The notes under the pieces: model-generated | Seen by the model: the letters and a program-made list of their open reading frames with translations, nothing else | Told to the model about the DNA's origin: nothing | Database searches by the model: none | Part shown: positions 1 through 9,750 of the stretch, one piece after another | How the letters are laid out: each line of letters opens with the position of its first letter | Position numbering within the stretch: the stretch's first letter is position 1 | Assembly (NCBI GenBank): GCA_051382335.1 | Contig: JBBCAX010000104.1 | Coordinates: 1 to 24,628 of the forward strand | Length of the DNA: 24,628 bases | Origin: Deltaproteobacteria bacterium TL4 | GTDB taxonomy: Bacteria > SAR324 > NAC60-12 | Direction: 5' to 3' | Program-made: the position numbers and the translations under genes

Positions 1-210
1 AAAAGTACGCTCCTCAAAAGGTTTAAAAGTACATCTTTGGGGAAAAATGGCTGCTGCTATTTTGGTCTTAGCTGCAATTGTTTAACTCCGGATTCGCATG
101 AAAAGTATAGACCCTTATTAAATATCAACTTAATAAATCGGATTCATGTCTTTTTTCCAAAATCATGGTTTGGGATATGATGATACTAATGTATTGAGAA
201 AGGAAAAGGA

Positions 211-1905
211 ATGATCGCTTTAAAAGATATAAAAATTGGGGTGAGATTAGGATTGAGTTTTGCTATGGTTTTGTTGCTTTTTGCAGGAACCGTAGCCATA
301 ACCTATTCGTCACTCCTGTTAGTAGAGGCTAATACAAAATTTGTTGAAGAAGAAAGCCTGCCCTTCGTGCTGCTTGCCGATACGATGGTTAATAACAACA
401 TACAGGTTCAGCAGTGGCTTACCGATGTTTCGGCCACGCATAATCCTGATGGCTACAAAGACGCTGAAGAAGCGGCTCAGAACTTTAAAAATGGAATCGA
501 GAAGTTTAAAGCCATGTTTAGAGAGGAAAATAACACAAACGCTCTCAGGGAGATAGAGGAATTGGAAGCCGCCTTTAACCCCTATTATGAGACGGGAAAA
601 CGAATGGCCAACACCTATATAACGCAGGGAATCGAGGCCGGTAATCAAATAATGAAGCAATTTGACGAAACAGCCGCAGCAATGTCAGAAAAGGTTTTAA
701 AATTCCAAAAAATGCAGATTGAGGAGACCACTCAAAAGATAAAGGGGATTGAAGTATCTGTAAATGACGCTGGGAAGGCACTATTCTCCATAGGGGCAAT
801 TGTGATATTCCTGACAATTCTTAATTCCTTTTTTCTCACACGAAGCATCACGAAGCCTTTGAAAGAAAGTGTCCAGGTCGCTGATCGTTTGGCAGAGGGA
901 GATCTCACAGTAGCGATTGAGGTAAAAAGCAAGGATGAAACGGGTCAATTGCTTGCGGCCATGAAGAACATGACCGAGCAGATTCGAAAGGTTGTCAGCG
1001 ATGTAAGAGGGGCAAGCGATAATGTTTCCGCAGGAAGTCAACAACTCAGTTCGGCCTCGCAGCAATTGTCCCAGGGTGCCACAGAACAGGCGGCCGCGGT
1101 TGAAGAGACTTCCGCTTCCATGGAGCAAATGAGTTCCAATATTCAACAAAATGCCGATAATTCCAACCAAACCGAAAAAATCGCCTCAAAATCAGCTTCT
1201 GACGCCAGAGATAGCGGGCAGGCGGTAGAAACCGCGGTAACCGCCATGAAAGAGATTGCCAAAAAAATCTCGATCATTGAGGAGATTGCGCGGCAAACCA
1301 ACCTGTTAGCCCTGAATGCCGCGATTGAGGCGGCTCGGGCAGGGGAACATGGAAAAGGCTTTGCGGTTGTCGCGTCTGAAGTTCGTAAACTCGCAGAACG
1401 CAGCCAACAGGCCGCGGGAGAAATCACAAAACTGTCCTCTTCCAGCGTGGCCGTCGCGGAAAAGGCGGGGATGATGTTGAAGCAACTGGTTCCTGATATT
1501 CAAAAAACAGCGGAATTGGTGCAGGAAATCAGTGCGTCCAGTAATGAGCAAAACTCAGGGGCGGAACAAATCAACAAAGCGCTTCAACAATTGGATAGCG
1601 TCATTCAACAAAATGCCAGTGCTTCTGAGGAAATGGCTTCTACCGCGGAAGAGCTTTCTTCCCAGGCACAACAACTCCAGGATACGATTGCCTTCTTCAA
1701 CATTGGGACAAATGAAGAACCTCATGCGAGAGCAAAGAAGCTCACAACCCAGCATGTCCCCATGAATCCTCCTAAGGGGACTCTTACGGCGACCATGCAA
1801 AAGAAAAAATTACCAACCCCTGCTCCCAAGAAGGCACTGTCTCACTCCTTGGATTTGGATATGGGGACGGATGATAAGACAGATAATGAGTTTGAGCGTT
1901 ATTAA
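211..1905 (+). CDS. Methyl-accepting chemotaxis protein (TM-periplasmic sensor-TM-HAMP-signalling domain, C-terminal pentapeptide)
   Basis: Two hydrophobic segments; HAMP motif (ITKPLKE...LAEGDLT...DETGQLL); signalling tip [40 protein letters not shown]; ends in EFERY; AAGGA upstream of the ATG. Confidence 0.97.
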   Translation: MIALKDIKIGVRLGLSFAMVLLLFAGTVAITYSSLLLVEANTKFVEEESLPFVLLADTMVNNNIQVQQWLTDVSATHNPDGYKDAEEAAQNFKNGIEKFKAMFREENNTNALREIEELEAAFNPYYETGKRMANTYITQGIEAGNQIMKQFDETAAAMSEKVLKFQKMQIEETTQKIKGIEVSVNDAGKALFSIGAIVIFLTILNSFFLTRSITKPLKESVQVADRLAEGDLTVAIEVKSKDETGQLLAAMKNMTEQIRKVVSDVRGASDNVSAGSQQLSSASQQLSQGATEQAAAVEETSASMEQMSSNIQQNADNSNQTEKIASKSASDARDSGQAVETAVTAMKEIAKKISIIEEIARQTNLLALNAAIEAARAGEHGKGFAVVASEVRKLAERSQQAAGEITKLSSSSVAVAEKAGMMLKQLVPDIQKTAELVQEISASSNEQNSGAEQINKALQQLDSVIQQNASASEEMASTAEELSSQAQQLQDTIAFFNIGTNEEPHARAKKLTTQHVPMNPPKGTLTATMQKKKLPTPAPKKALSHSLDLDMGTDDKTDNEFERY

Positions 1906-1946
1906 ATATGAAATAAAAAAATAATCTCAGCGTGAAAGGAAGAGAC

Positions 1947-2489
1947 ATGTCAGTAAACGAAATCACCGAAACGATGCAATATTTAACCTTTATTCTGGAT
2001 GACGAGATCTTTGCTGTCGATATTTCCAAGGTACGGGAAGTTCTCGAGTATACGGCCGTGACCAAGGTTCCCAGAGTGCCTGAATTCATTCGCGGTGTGA
2101 TCAATCTCCGTGGGAATGTGGTTCCTGTTGTTGATTTGAGACTTAACTTTGGAATGTCGCTCACAAAGCGCACAATCAATACGTGTATCATTATCGTAGA
2201 GGTAACCATCAACGATGAAGCCCTAGTCTTGGGAGCCTTGGCGGATTCTGTCAAGGAAGTGATTGATATGGACCCCGAACAAATTGAACCTCCTCCAAAA
2301 ATCGGAACAAAACTCAGAACAGAGTTCATCAAAGGCATGGGAAAATACAATGATGATTTTGTCATCATCCTTGATATTGACAGAGTTTTCTCTGTGGATG
2401 AGCTTTCAATAGTTCAGAATGTAAACGAAAGTAGTGTTTCCGCTAAAGAACATAAGTCGGCGACAACGATGGAGGCCAGTCCTGCGTGA
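1947..2489 (+). CDS. cheW: Chemotaxis coupling protein CheW
   Basis: QYLTF..DEIFAVDISKVREVLEY..VTKVP..PEFIRGVINLRGNVVPVVDLR and GALADSVKEV motifs. Start placed at ATG 1947, behind AAGGAAG, rather than the GTG at 1932. Confidence 0.96.
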   Translation: MSVNEITETMQYLTFILDDEIFAVDISKVREVLEYTAVTKVPRVPEFIRGVINLRGNVVPVVDLRLNFGMSLTKRTINTCIIIVEVTINDEALVLGALADSVKEVIDMDPEQIEPPPKIGTKLRTEFIKGMGKYNDDFVIILDIDRVFSVDELSIVQNVNESSVSAKEHKSATTMEASPA

Positions 2490-2493
2490 TGAT

Positions 2494-5400
2494 ATGACAA
2501 CCCGCATTCTTCATGGGACATGGCTACCTGCTATTGAAAAAGGCTTCTATCACTCAGGACAATTTGTGCTATGGTTGGAAGGGGTGGAGGAACATTTTCT
2601 CACACCCCAGATCTCCTACCCTTCTTGTGGTTTCCTCTCTGATGAACTCAAACCCCTTCTCCTTTCCTTTCAAGCTCAGCTCAATCTTAAGCTGGAGTAT
2701 GGTCAAAAATTCATAACCCTGCCAGGGGTTAATTCGATTCCACTTTCCTCGACCTACGCCTTTGATGTTGAAGCCCTGAATAAAAAAATCACCTGGTTGA
2801 CCCTGGCCTTTCAGGGCGCGTTGCTTGAAGAAATACAGCATCTTCGTCTCTTTTGCGCTGAAGTCACTGCGCATGGCACCGTTGAAATTGGAGAGGAATT
2901 GAGAATTTGGTTTTTGTGGCTGGCAGAGTTAATTACTCTGCTTGCTGAAAACTTATTTCTACCTTCCTGGGTCATCAAGGAAGTCAACCATCCTGACGGA
3001 ATGTTAACCCTTGCGCCTCTGTGGGAATTCAGCGCAAGACGATTACAGGGCTTGGCAAAAAAATATGAAAGCCTGCTTCCGCTTTCAGCAACCTCTGTCG
3101 CTCATGACGCACAAGGCGGTTTTTGGAACAAACAGGAACTTCTGACGCACTTCGCAAATTGTTTTTTGAACGCTCAAGTTCGTCAAACGCAACTTCCACC
3201 CAAGTTACGGTTAAAAATCAATCCCACCTTTTTAAAAGCATTTTTCCAAAAAAACCAGGAGTTTGAAAGCACCAGGGAATTCTATGTAGCGTTTGAAGAA
3301 TGGAAAACATCGCTTCCCCTTTATCAATTAAATCAGAATTTTATTTTAGGTTTCAGGGTCATAGAACCACCCTCAGCTTCAGAACCTTGGTGGCTTCGCC
3401 TGTTTATTGAATCTCGTGTTGACGCTTCTTATAAACTTGATTTGAGAAAATATGGAATGCTGTCCTCCAATGAAAAAAAGGAATTATACGCTTATTTTGG
3501 ACAAGGATTTGAGACCCAACTGGAAACCATGCTGCACTTGACCAAACATTTTTATCCCCCCCTGGAAATGATCTTGAATCAGGCCTCTCCGTTTGAGCTT
3601 TGTCTTGATTCCCAGCAAATCGTAGAATTTTTTGAAGACTATTCTGGTCTCCTGGAAGCTTATGGTTACCGGGTTATCATTCCAAACTGGTGGCAGGAAA
3701 AGAAGCCTTTCAGCAAAGTGGTCCTAAAGGTTGAAACCGATCCAGCTCAGAGTTCACGCTCGAAAGGGCACCCGACTCAAAATCTGGTACAGACGGTGGT
3801 CAAGCATCACTATGAGCTTATGGTGAATGGGGTTCTTTTGGACAAAAAAAAATGGGAACAGTTGGTTCAGGAGAAAATTGCCTTACTTCAAATCAGAGGA
3901 CAGTGGATCCACCTGGATCACGAGCATTTGCGCCAATTGATGGAGAACTGGGATCATTACGCCAAAACAACACAGCCTTCAATTTTGGAAATCCAAAGAC
4001 TTCATACGCTTGAAGCCGAAGTGGAATTGGAGCTGGACGAAAACACCCAGCAACTTTTGGCGCCCTTACATCGCCGTGGTGGATGGCCTGAGGTTCCACT
4101 TTCCCAAACTGAAATCGAGCTGAGACCTTATCAAAATGAAGGAGTCGCCTGGTTGCAGTATTTAAAAACTTTGGGCATTAATCCCTGCCTGGCGGATGAT
4201 ATGGGCTTGGGCAAAACCTATCAGGTATTAGCGTTCCTTTTTCACGAAATGGAAACAGAAGCCCCGTCTTTAAGCAACCTGGTGGTCGTTCCTTCCTTTA
4301 TTTTAGGGAATTGGAATCGTGAGATTAACACGTTTTCTTCCAAATTTCAGGTGTACACTTATTATGGCAGACAACGGATTCAGCATGTTCAGAAATTGAA
4401 AAAACATATCGCATCGTTTCAGATTGTTCTGACGTCTTATGGAACCCTAATGCATGATATTGAACTGTTACGGGAGCTTGAATGGCACCGGATTATTTTG
4501 GATGAAGCCCAACTGATCAAAAATCCTCATAGTTTGCGGACCCAATGGATCAAATCGCTCCAGGCCAGGCACCGTCTTGCGTTAACGGGAACGCCCATTG
4601 AAAATCGTCTTTTGGATTTATGGTCCATTTCAAACTTTCTCAATCCAGGCTATCTTGGGGAAATGAAAACGTTTATCCGTGATTTTGAAGGACCCATTCA
4701 ACAGAAAAAAGATCCTGAAAAGGAAAAACAATTGAGATCCCTGACTGAAGTTTTTGTTTTAAAACGCAATAAAACCGATAAAAATTTAATCAATGATTTA
4801 CCTGATAAAATTGAAATTACGGAACCTTATTATCTGACACTGGAACAAATCTCGCTCTATGACGCCTTGGTTATTGATACCGTAGTTAAGTTGAAAGAAA
4901 GCCAGGAAGAACACAAACCGATGTTGAAAGTATCTTTAATTGGCAAACTCAAATTACTCTGTGATCATCCCGGTATTTTTTTGGAAGACAACAGCGAATT
5001 TTCTCTGGAGCGTTCGAACAAACTGGCACTAATGCTGGAACAGGTCAAGAACGTGATTGCCGCCAATGAATGCGCGATTATCTTTACTCAGTACATCAAA
5101 GCCGCCAAACCGCTACTTTCCTACGTTGAGCGTTATATCACCCCTCATACTTATTTTATTTACGGGGGTCACAGTCCGATGCAGCGTGACAAAACCATTG
5201 AGGCGTTTAAACAAAGTCCAGGTGGCGCGGTTTTTATCATTTCACTCAAGGCAGGAGGTGTTGGCCTGAATTTAACCAAAGCCAATCATGTGTTCCATTT
5301 TGACCGCTGGTGGAATCCCGCTGTTGAAAATCAAGCCAGTGACCGTGCCTATCGGATAGGACAGAAAAAGAAGGTCACTATCCACCATTACATTGGAGTC

Positions 5401-5592
5401 GGCACTTTGGAAGAAAGCATCCATAACATGATTTATAACAAATCAACCTACAGTCAATTGATTCAAAGTCCTTACGAGGAGGAACAAAATCCGCCTTTGT
5501 TTGATACGCTACTGACACAACAGGTGATCGCGTCCATGAATGACGAGGATTTTGTCAGCTTGGTAACACGTAACGAAGGAGAGTCGTTATGA
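2494..5592 (+). CDS. SNF2-family (Swi2/Snf2) helicase-like ATPase with long N-terminal region (DUF3670-like)
   Basis: Motif I LADDMGLGKT, II DEAQ, III TGTPIEN, V SLKAGGVGLNLT, VI QASDRAYRIGQ. N-terminus ILHGTW and the LLQIRGQWIHLD segment are typical of SWIM-associated bacterial SNF2s. Start placed at ATG 2494, 4 nt after the cheW stop. Confidence 0.95.
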   Translation: MTTRILHGTWLPAIEKGFYHSGQFVLWLEGVEEHFLTPQISYPSCGFLSDELKPLLLSFQAQLNLKLEYGQKFITLPGVNSIPLSSTYAFDVEALNKKITWLTLAFQGALLEEIQHLRLFCAEVTAHGTVEIGEELRIWFLWLAELITLLAENLFLPSWVIKEVNHPDGMLTLAPLWEFSARRLQGLAKKYESLLPLSATSVAHDAQGGFWNKQELLTHFANCFLNAQVRQTQLPPKLRLKINPTFLKAFFQKNQEFESTREFYVAFEEWKTSLPLYQLNQNFILGFRVIEPPSASEPWWLRLFIESRVDASYKLDLRKYGMLSSNEKKELYAYFGQGFETQLETMLHLTKHFYPPLEMILNQASPFELCLDSQQIVEFFEDYSGLLEAYGYRVIIPNWWQEKKPFSKVVLKVETDPAQSSRSKGHPTQNLVQTVVKHHYELMVNGVLLDKKKWEQLVQEKIALLQIRGQWIHLDHEHLRQLMENWDHYAKTTQPSILEIQRLHTLEAEVELELDENTQQLLAPLHRRGGWPEVPLSQTEIELRPYQNEGVAWLQYLKTLGINPCLADDMGLGKTYQVLAFLFHEMETEAPSLSNLVVVPSFILGNWNREINTFSSKFQVYTYYGRQRIQHVQKLKKHIASFQIVLTSYGTLMHDIELLRELEWHRIILDEAQLIKNPHSLRTQWIKSLQARHRLALTGTPIENRLLDLWSISNFLNPGYLGEMKTFIRDFEGPIQQKKDPEKEKQLRSLTEVFVLKRNKTDKNLINDLPDKIEITEPYYLTLEQISLYDALVIDTVVKLKESQEEHKPMLKVSLIGKLKLLCDHPGIFLEDNSEFSLERSNKLALMLEQVKNVIAANECAIIFTQYIKAAKPLLSYVERYITPHTYFIYGGHSPMQRDKTIEAFKQSPGGAVFIISLKAGGVGLNLTKANHVFHFDRWWNPAVENQASDRAYRIGQKKKVTIHHYIGVGTLEESIHNMIYNKSTYSQLIQSPYEEEQNPPLFDTLLTQQVIASMNDEDFVSLVTRNEGESL

Positions 5593-6413
5593 AATTAAAG
5601 TGGTGGAGTCATCAATTTTGGGAAACTTTTCAAACTCAATGTGAACCCTATGTTTTAGCGCGGGCAAGGCCTTATGTCTCGAAAAACAAAATACACGCCT
5701 TTGCGCTTGAAGCGAACACGGTCCATGCCCTTGTGGTCGGAAGCAAGAATCCTGTTCTCGAAATTGCGGAGGGAACCGAGTTTGAAGTACGAGTTGAGTT
5801 TGCCGAATTCATGCCTGAGGAAAAGGAAATTTTACTTGAAAAACTGGGTCATAATCTGAATTTTATCCATGATTTGAAAAACAAGGAACTCTCTGAAAGC
5901 CTGCTCCCCCTTTTTGAGCATTGGGGATATGCGTTGATACCGCGCTTTCGAGAGGAGTTTGAGCTGCAATGCCACTGCCCTGATTGGAATCATCCTTGTG
6001 AACATACGGCAGGAGTACTCTATTATTTTGCGAGAGAAGTCAGCAAAAACCCAATGCTGCTGTTTGAAATCAGGGGGTTCTCCAAAGCCGAACTGTTGAA
6101 AAAAATGGAGGCAACTCCAGAAGTGGAGACGCCTTGTGAGCAGGAGGAACAAACGGTTCCTTTGGAAAAAGCAGAATTCCTATACCCACAAGTGAGTCAG
6201 GTTACTGTGCCTGAATCGATGATTGCGTCTTTTTGGAAAACCGCTTCCGACAGTGATGAAGATCCCATTTCGACGCCCCCCCGTCAAACCTCACGCCCCT
6301 CCCCCTTCTTTGAGTCTCAGAACGACTACCCTGATTTCTGGAATCAGCCTTTTTCCTTCAGGGATGTGCTGAATTCCCTTTATCAATGGATCAGAAACGC
6401 CGTAAAGATATGA
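5589..6413 (+). CDS. SWIM zinc-finger protein (SNF2 partner)
   Basis: CHCPDWNHPCEH matches CxCx5CxH (SWIM); flanking WWS..F, LARARPY and NPMLLFEIRG motifs; ATGA overlap with the SNF2 stop. Confidence 0.93.
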   Translation: MKLKWWSHQFWETFQTQCEPYVLARARPYVSKNKIHAFALEANTVHALVVGSKNPVLEIAEGTEFEVRVEFAEFMPEEKEILLEKLGHNLNFIHDLKNKELSESLLPLFEHWGYALIPRFREEFELQCHCPDWNHPCEHTAGVLYYFAREVSKNPMLLFEIRGFSKAELLKKMEATPEVETPCEQEEQTVPLEKAEFLYPQVSQVTVPESMIASFWKTASDSDEDPISTPPRQTSRPSPFFESQNDYPDFWNQPFSFRDVLNSLYQWIRNAVKI

Positions 6414-6426
6414 ATATTGAGAACAT

Positions 6427-6460
6427 CTCCGTGCCTCTGTGTCTCTGGCTGAACGGTTAC
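6427..6460. repeat. Short repeat remnant (CTCCGTGCCTCTGTGTCTCTG...GCTGAACGGTTAC)
   Basis: Imperfect 8-nt periodic CTCYGTGY units in the intergenic gap; single copy in this window. Confidence 0.35.
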
Positions 6461-6474
6461 AATCAGCGGCCACA

Positions 6475-6583
6475 GTCATCGTTTCGCCAGGTTCCCTTCG
6501 ACTCCGCTCAGGGAACGGTTTCGGAGGCTGAGCGGAGTCGAAGCCGGATTCAAAAGATTACTGCCTTTTGGCGAAACGATGAC
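6475..6583. repeat. Nested inverted-repeat element (MITE/REP-like)
   Basis: Perfect 15-bp outer IR GTCATCGTTTCGCCA (6475-6489 / 6569-6583) encloses a perfect 16-bp inner IR CTTCGACTCCGCTCAG (6496-6511 / 6528-6543). Lies between convergent genes. Confidence 0.85.
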
Positions 6584-6599
6584 GATAGCCCCATCAGCA

Positions 6600-9500
6600 T
6601 TAGGGCGCACAGTATTCAGGGCAGGGATGTTTGGCCTTAAAGGCGTCAATGCTCGTAATCGGTGTTTCGTTAACGGGAACATCCTTGTGCGTGTTTCCAA
6701 GGAATCTCAGGTTGAGTCGTTTTCTGGAAGGAGGCATCAGGTATTGGCGAACCACCTCACTTAACGTTTCCAATTGAATTTTTTCGACCGCAAGGATGTC
6801 TTCGCTCACATGATCAAACTGGGCCTCCTTTTCAAAAGCAATGCTGAACAAGCGAGAGGCCTGTTCCGCGATGGAGGAGGGTTTTTTGAGCTTTGCGTTG
6901 ATTACGGCTTTTTTGAGCGCTTCCACTTCATTCGGGGGAAGCTTTAAAAGAGACTCAATAAACGTCGGAAAATAAGCGTCTACACGTTGTTGCAGTTCTC
7001 CCGGGGAGTATTTTCCAGACTGAATAAGAAATAACAAACCCAGGGTTTTCTCCTCTTGAGTCATGCCCGCGTCTAACAAATAACCTAATTGTTGCTGCGT
7101 TCTCATTTCAGTATAAAAAAGAGGTTGTAACATTTTGCTGATGACCAACAGAGCGCCCTGAAGCTCCGGATTCGTTTGTCCCACTTGAAACTGAACCACC
7201 AGCGCTGAATTATTCACTGGAACGCTATGAGAGAACGTATAATCCGAAGATGGGGGCAACTGAATGATGCGTTCCATGAATCGTTCCTTTGGTGATAGGG
7301 AGGTTCCCCCCAAATTCTGACTGACCACAGCTACGGTTTCTTTCACCAAATCCCGTTGAAGATTTCCATACGACAATCCTTGAATGTAGTTTTGAGCATA
7401 AAGCGTTTTTGCATAAGCTTGAAGTTGCTTCAGCGTTAAGCTCTGGATCACCTGTTTGTATTGTTCTATGGAGTACTTTTGAGACTCCAAAATGAGATTC
7501 TGGAAATACAAGGCTTGTTGATAGGGTTGTTGATAATCAAAATTGAGATAGGTTCTTAGCAATTGTTCTTTGAGCGAGTCAAAAATTTCAGCAGTGAGGG
7601 TGACGTTCTTTAGCTGTTCAGAAATTTCCTTGGCCAGTTCGAGGATCCGGTCTGAATAGCCGTTAAAAGTCAGCATGATGCCTTTTTTTTGGGAACTGAG
7701 GCTAAAATCAAGTCCTGCTAAACTGACCATGTATCGGAATTCGTTGAGCTGCTCTTCGATGGCATTGACGTATAATTGCGAAAGCACCGCGTCTCGGGGC
7801 GTCTTATAAGTTTCAGGGGTGTGGATTAAGAAAATCAAATGGGCTTTAGGTGTTTGGAACCGAAGATCTTGTTGAAACCAAATTTCTCCTTGAGGGGCGT
7901 CCATAATTTTTTCAGGAAGTCCCATGACATGTTTCTGAACTAATTGCCTCAGGGTGGATTCCTGACCAAACGTCGTTAATGAAGCCTCGGTTTTAAATTG
8001 TTCCCAGGAGGCGTAAGTTTTTCCCTGTAAGCTTTTGAGGGTCTCCATCAGAGAGTCCGCCAGTTGTTCCTGCTTAAGACCAACTACGGATTGATACGTG
8101 AGTTTAAAGAGCGTGGTGTTGGTCAATAAAGTCAGGTTTTGTGGAATGAATTTATTTTTTTCAGGTAAGTGTAACTCCTTCGATAAGGGCCTGGAATACC
8201 ATTCTGCCAGCCACTTTGAAGGGGTTTGGGTATAGGCATATTCCGCGCTATAATAGGTTTCTTTTTGTGTGACGTGTACGTTGCGAGCGGCCAACAGGAC
8301 TAACATATTGTCAGGAGTCAGGCGAAAAAGAAAGTGATCAAACTTCTTGGGATCATAGCTCATATAAAGGAAGGGCACTTTTTCTACTTGATCCATGGGA
8401 ACATAATGAAGCAACGAGGCCAAGTCAATCACGGCAGGGGTTCCTTCCTGTTTTTCCGAAAATTGATAATCCAGTTCCGCCATTTGTTTCATTTCGTTGT
8501 AGATATATTCCGGCAGGCTCTGTTGACGTAACAAACGAATGTATTCAAAAACATGCTGTAACACCGTTTTGTAGTTTTCCAACCCTTGTGGGGTCAGCGT
8601 AATGGAAATCGTAAAGGCTGAATAAGAATTGGTGGATAAACTGCCACCTGCGGACAAGCCCGTCACCAGGTTTTTTTTCTTTAAGAGCGAAAGCAAACTG
8701 CCTTTGCCTTCATGGCCCATTAAAAAACCCAAAGTCTGAAGAGGTTTACTTGGGTAATAGTTTTCTGAGGGAGGCAGAGGAAAGAATAGCTGCAGCACTC
8801 TTGTATCTTTGATGGTTTTGACCTGTAACAATCTCAATAGGGACTTCTTTTCCATTAAAACAGGAGGATAGGTAAAGGTGGGTAATTTATGGTTGATGAC
8901 CCCGGAAAAGCGCGGAACAATCCATTGTTGCAGGGTATCCAGATTTTCCTTTCCCAAAACAACAAGTGTCATCAAATTACTCGAATAATGAGTGTTGTAG
9001 AATTCGAGTAATTCTTCTTGTGTCGTGCCTTGCAACGTCTCTAAATTTCCTGTTGAGAAGTTTTTTTCAGGGTGCTTGGATTCCAGGGGTAATGAGGCCA
9101 CTCTTTGCATTCTCCAGTAGTCACTTGGAATATTTTTGGAGTGTTCTGAATCAACGGCTTCCATTTCACGTTTTACAAATTCAGGACTGAAAAGAGGCGC
9201 AACAAAGAATTGAGAAAAACGGTCAAGTGCGCCTTCCAAATGATCCGCTGATATTTGAAAATGGTAATTGGTGCTATCCGAGGTAGTGAACGCATTGCTA
9301 TAGCCATCATTTTCCGAAATGAAATTCTGGTAATTCCCAACCTCCGGATATTTTTTTGTGCCTAAAAAAAGCATGTGTTCTAAAAAGTGAGCCAGTCCCG
9401 CTCGGGAGGGAGGATTATTCAAGGACCCCACGGAAACACTCAGTGCCGCGGAAGATCGGTGAATGGTAGGGTCGGAGATGATCAGAACTTTCATTTGATT

Positions 9501-9641
9501 GGGTAACAAAAAACGGCGGTAGGTTCGTTCGGGAAATCTGGGGTCTGTTTGGTCGGCTTTTTGGGCCCATCCGACAAAGCTTTGTTGGATTAATAAAACA
9601 ATAATACAAAAGATAAATCGAGATTTAAGATAATATTTCAT
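6600..9641 (-). CDS. Secreted M16A zinc metallopeptidase (pitrilysin/insulinase family)
   Basis: Inverted zinc motif GLAHFLEHMLFLGT (HxxEH), NAFT, REMEAVDSEH, GHEGKGSLL, MRTQQQLGY; signal-peptide-like N-terminus. Confidence 0.96.
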   Translation of the reverse strand: MKYYLKSRFIFCIIVLLIQQSFVGWAQKADQTDPRFPERTYRRFLLPNQMKVLIISDPTIHRSSAALSVSVGSLNNPPSRAGLAHFLEHMLFLGTKKYPEVGNYQNFISENDGYSNAFTTSDSTNYHFQISADHLEGALDRFSQFFVAPLFSPEFVKREMEAVDSEHSKNIPSDYWRMQRVASLPLESKHPEKNFSTGNLETLQGTTQEELLEFYNTHYSSNLMTLVVLGKENLDTLQQWIVPRFSGVINHKLPTFTYPPVLMEKKSLLRLLQVKTIKDTRVLQLFFPLPPSENYYPSKPLQTLGFLMGHEGKGSLLSLLKKKNLVTGLSAGGSLSTNSYSAFTISITLTPQGLENYKTVLQHVFEYIRLLRQQSLPEYIYNEMKQMAELDYQFSEKQEGTPAVIDLASLLHYVPMDQVEKVPFLYMSYDPKKFDHFLFRLTPDNMLVLLAARNVHVTQKETYYSAEYAYTQTPSKWLAEWYSRPLSKELHLPEKNKFIPQNLTLLTNTTLFKLTYQSVVGLKQEQLADSLMETLKSLQGKTYASWEQFKTEASLTTFGQESTLRQLVQKHVMGLPEKIMDAPQGEIWFQQDLRFQTPKAHLIFLIHTPETYKTPRDAVLSQLYVNAIEEQLNEFRYMVSLAGLDFSLSSQKKGIMLTFNGYSDRILELAKEISEQLKNVTLTAEIFDSLKEQLLRTYLNFDYQQPYQQALYFQNLILESQKYSIEQYKQVIQSLTLKQLQAYAKTLYAQNYIQGLSYGNLQRDLVKETVAVVSQNLGGTSLSPKERFMERIIQLPPSSDYTFSHSVPVNNSALVVQFQVGQTNPELQGALLVISKMLQPLFYTEMRTQQQLGYLLDAGMTQEEKTLGLLFLIQSGKYSPGELQQRVDAYFPTFIESLLKLPPNEVEALKKAVINAKLKKPSSIAEQASRLFSIAFEKEAQFDHVSEDILAVEKIQLETLSEVVRQYLMPPSRKRLNLRFLGNTHKDVPVNETPITSIDAFKAKHPCPEYCAP

Positions 9642-9750
9642 GGGAACTGTTCTTAATGAAGGGTTATGGAGTTTTGAATTGACTCCTGTGAAGGTTCATC
9701 CTAACTTGCGGAGGACAATTGGCACAAAAGAACCTCGAAAGAATCCTGAC

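Noticed and set aside
1784..2368. 194-aa minus-strand ORF and other short antisense ORFs within large genes
   Set aside because: Shadows of well-supported genes on the opposite strand or in another frame.
2434..2493. N-terminal extension of SNF2 from GTG 2434
   Set aside because: Overlaps cheW; ATG 2494 gives the family-typical start.
2494..6413. Named anti-phage system (DISARM or Zorya helicase)
   Set aside because: No methylase, PLD, DUF1998 or ZorAB neighbours; matches the generic SWIM-SNF2 pair.
6386..6764. Small ORFs across the SWIM/M16 intergenic gap
   Set aside because: Translate palindromic repeats or overlap real gene ends.
7923..8108. Intein interpretation of the inserted module
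   Set aside because: Too short and lacks the N-terminal Cys/Ser and C-terminal His-Asn splice motifs.
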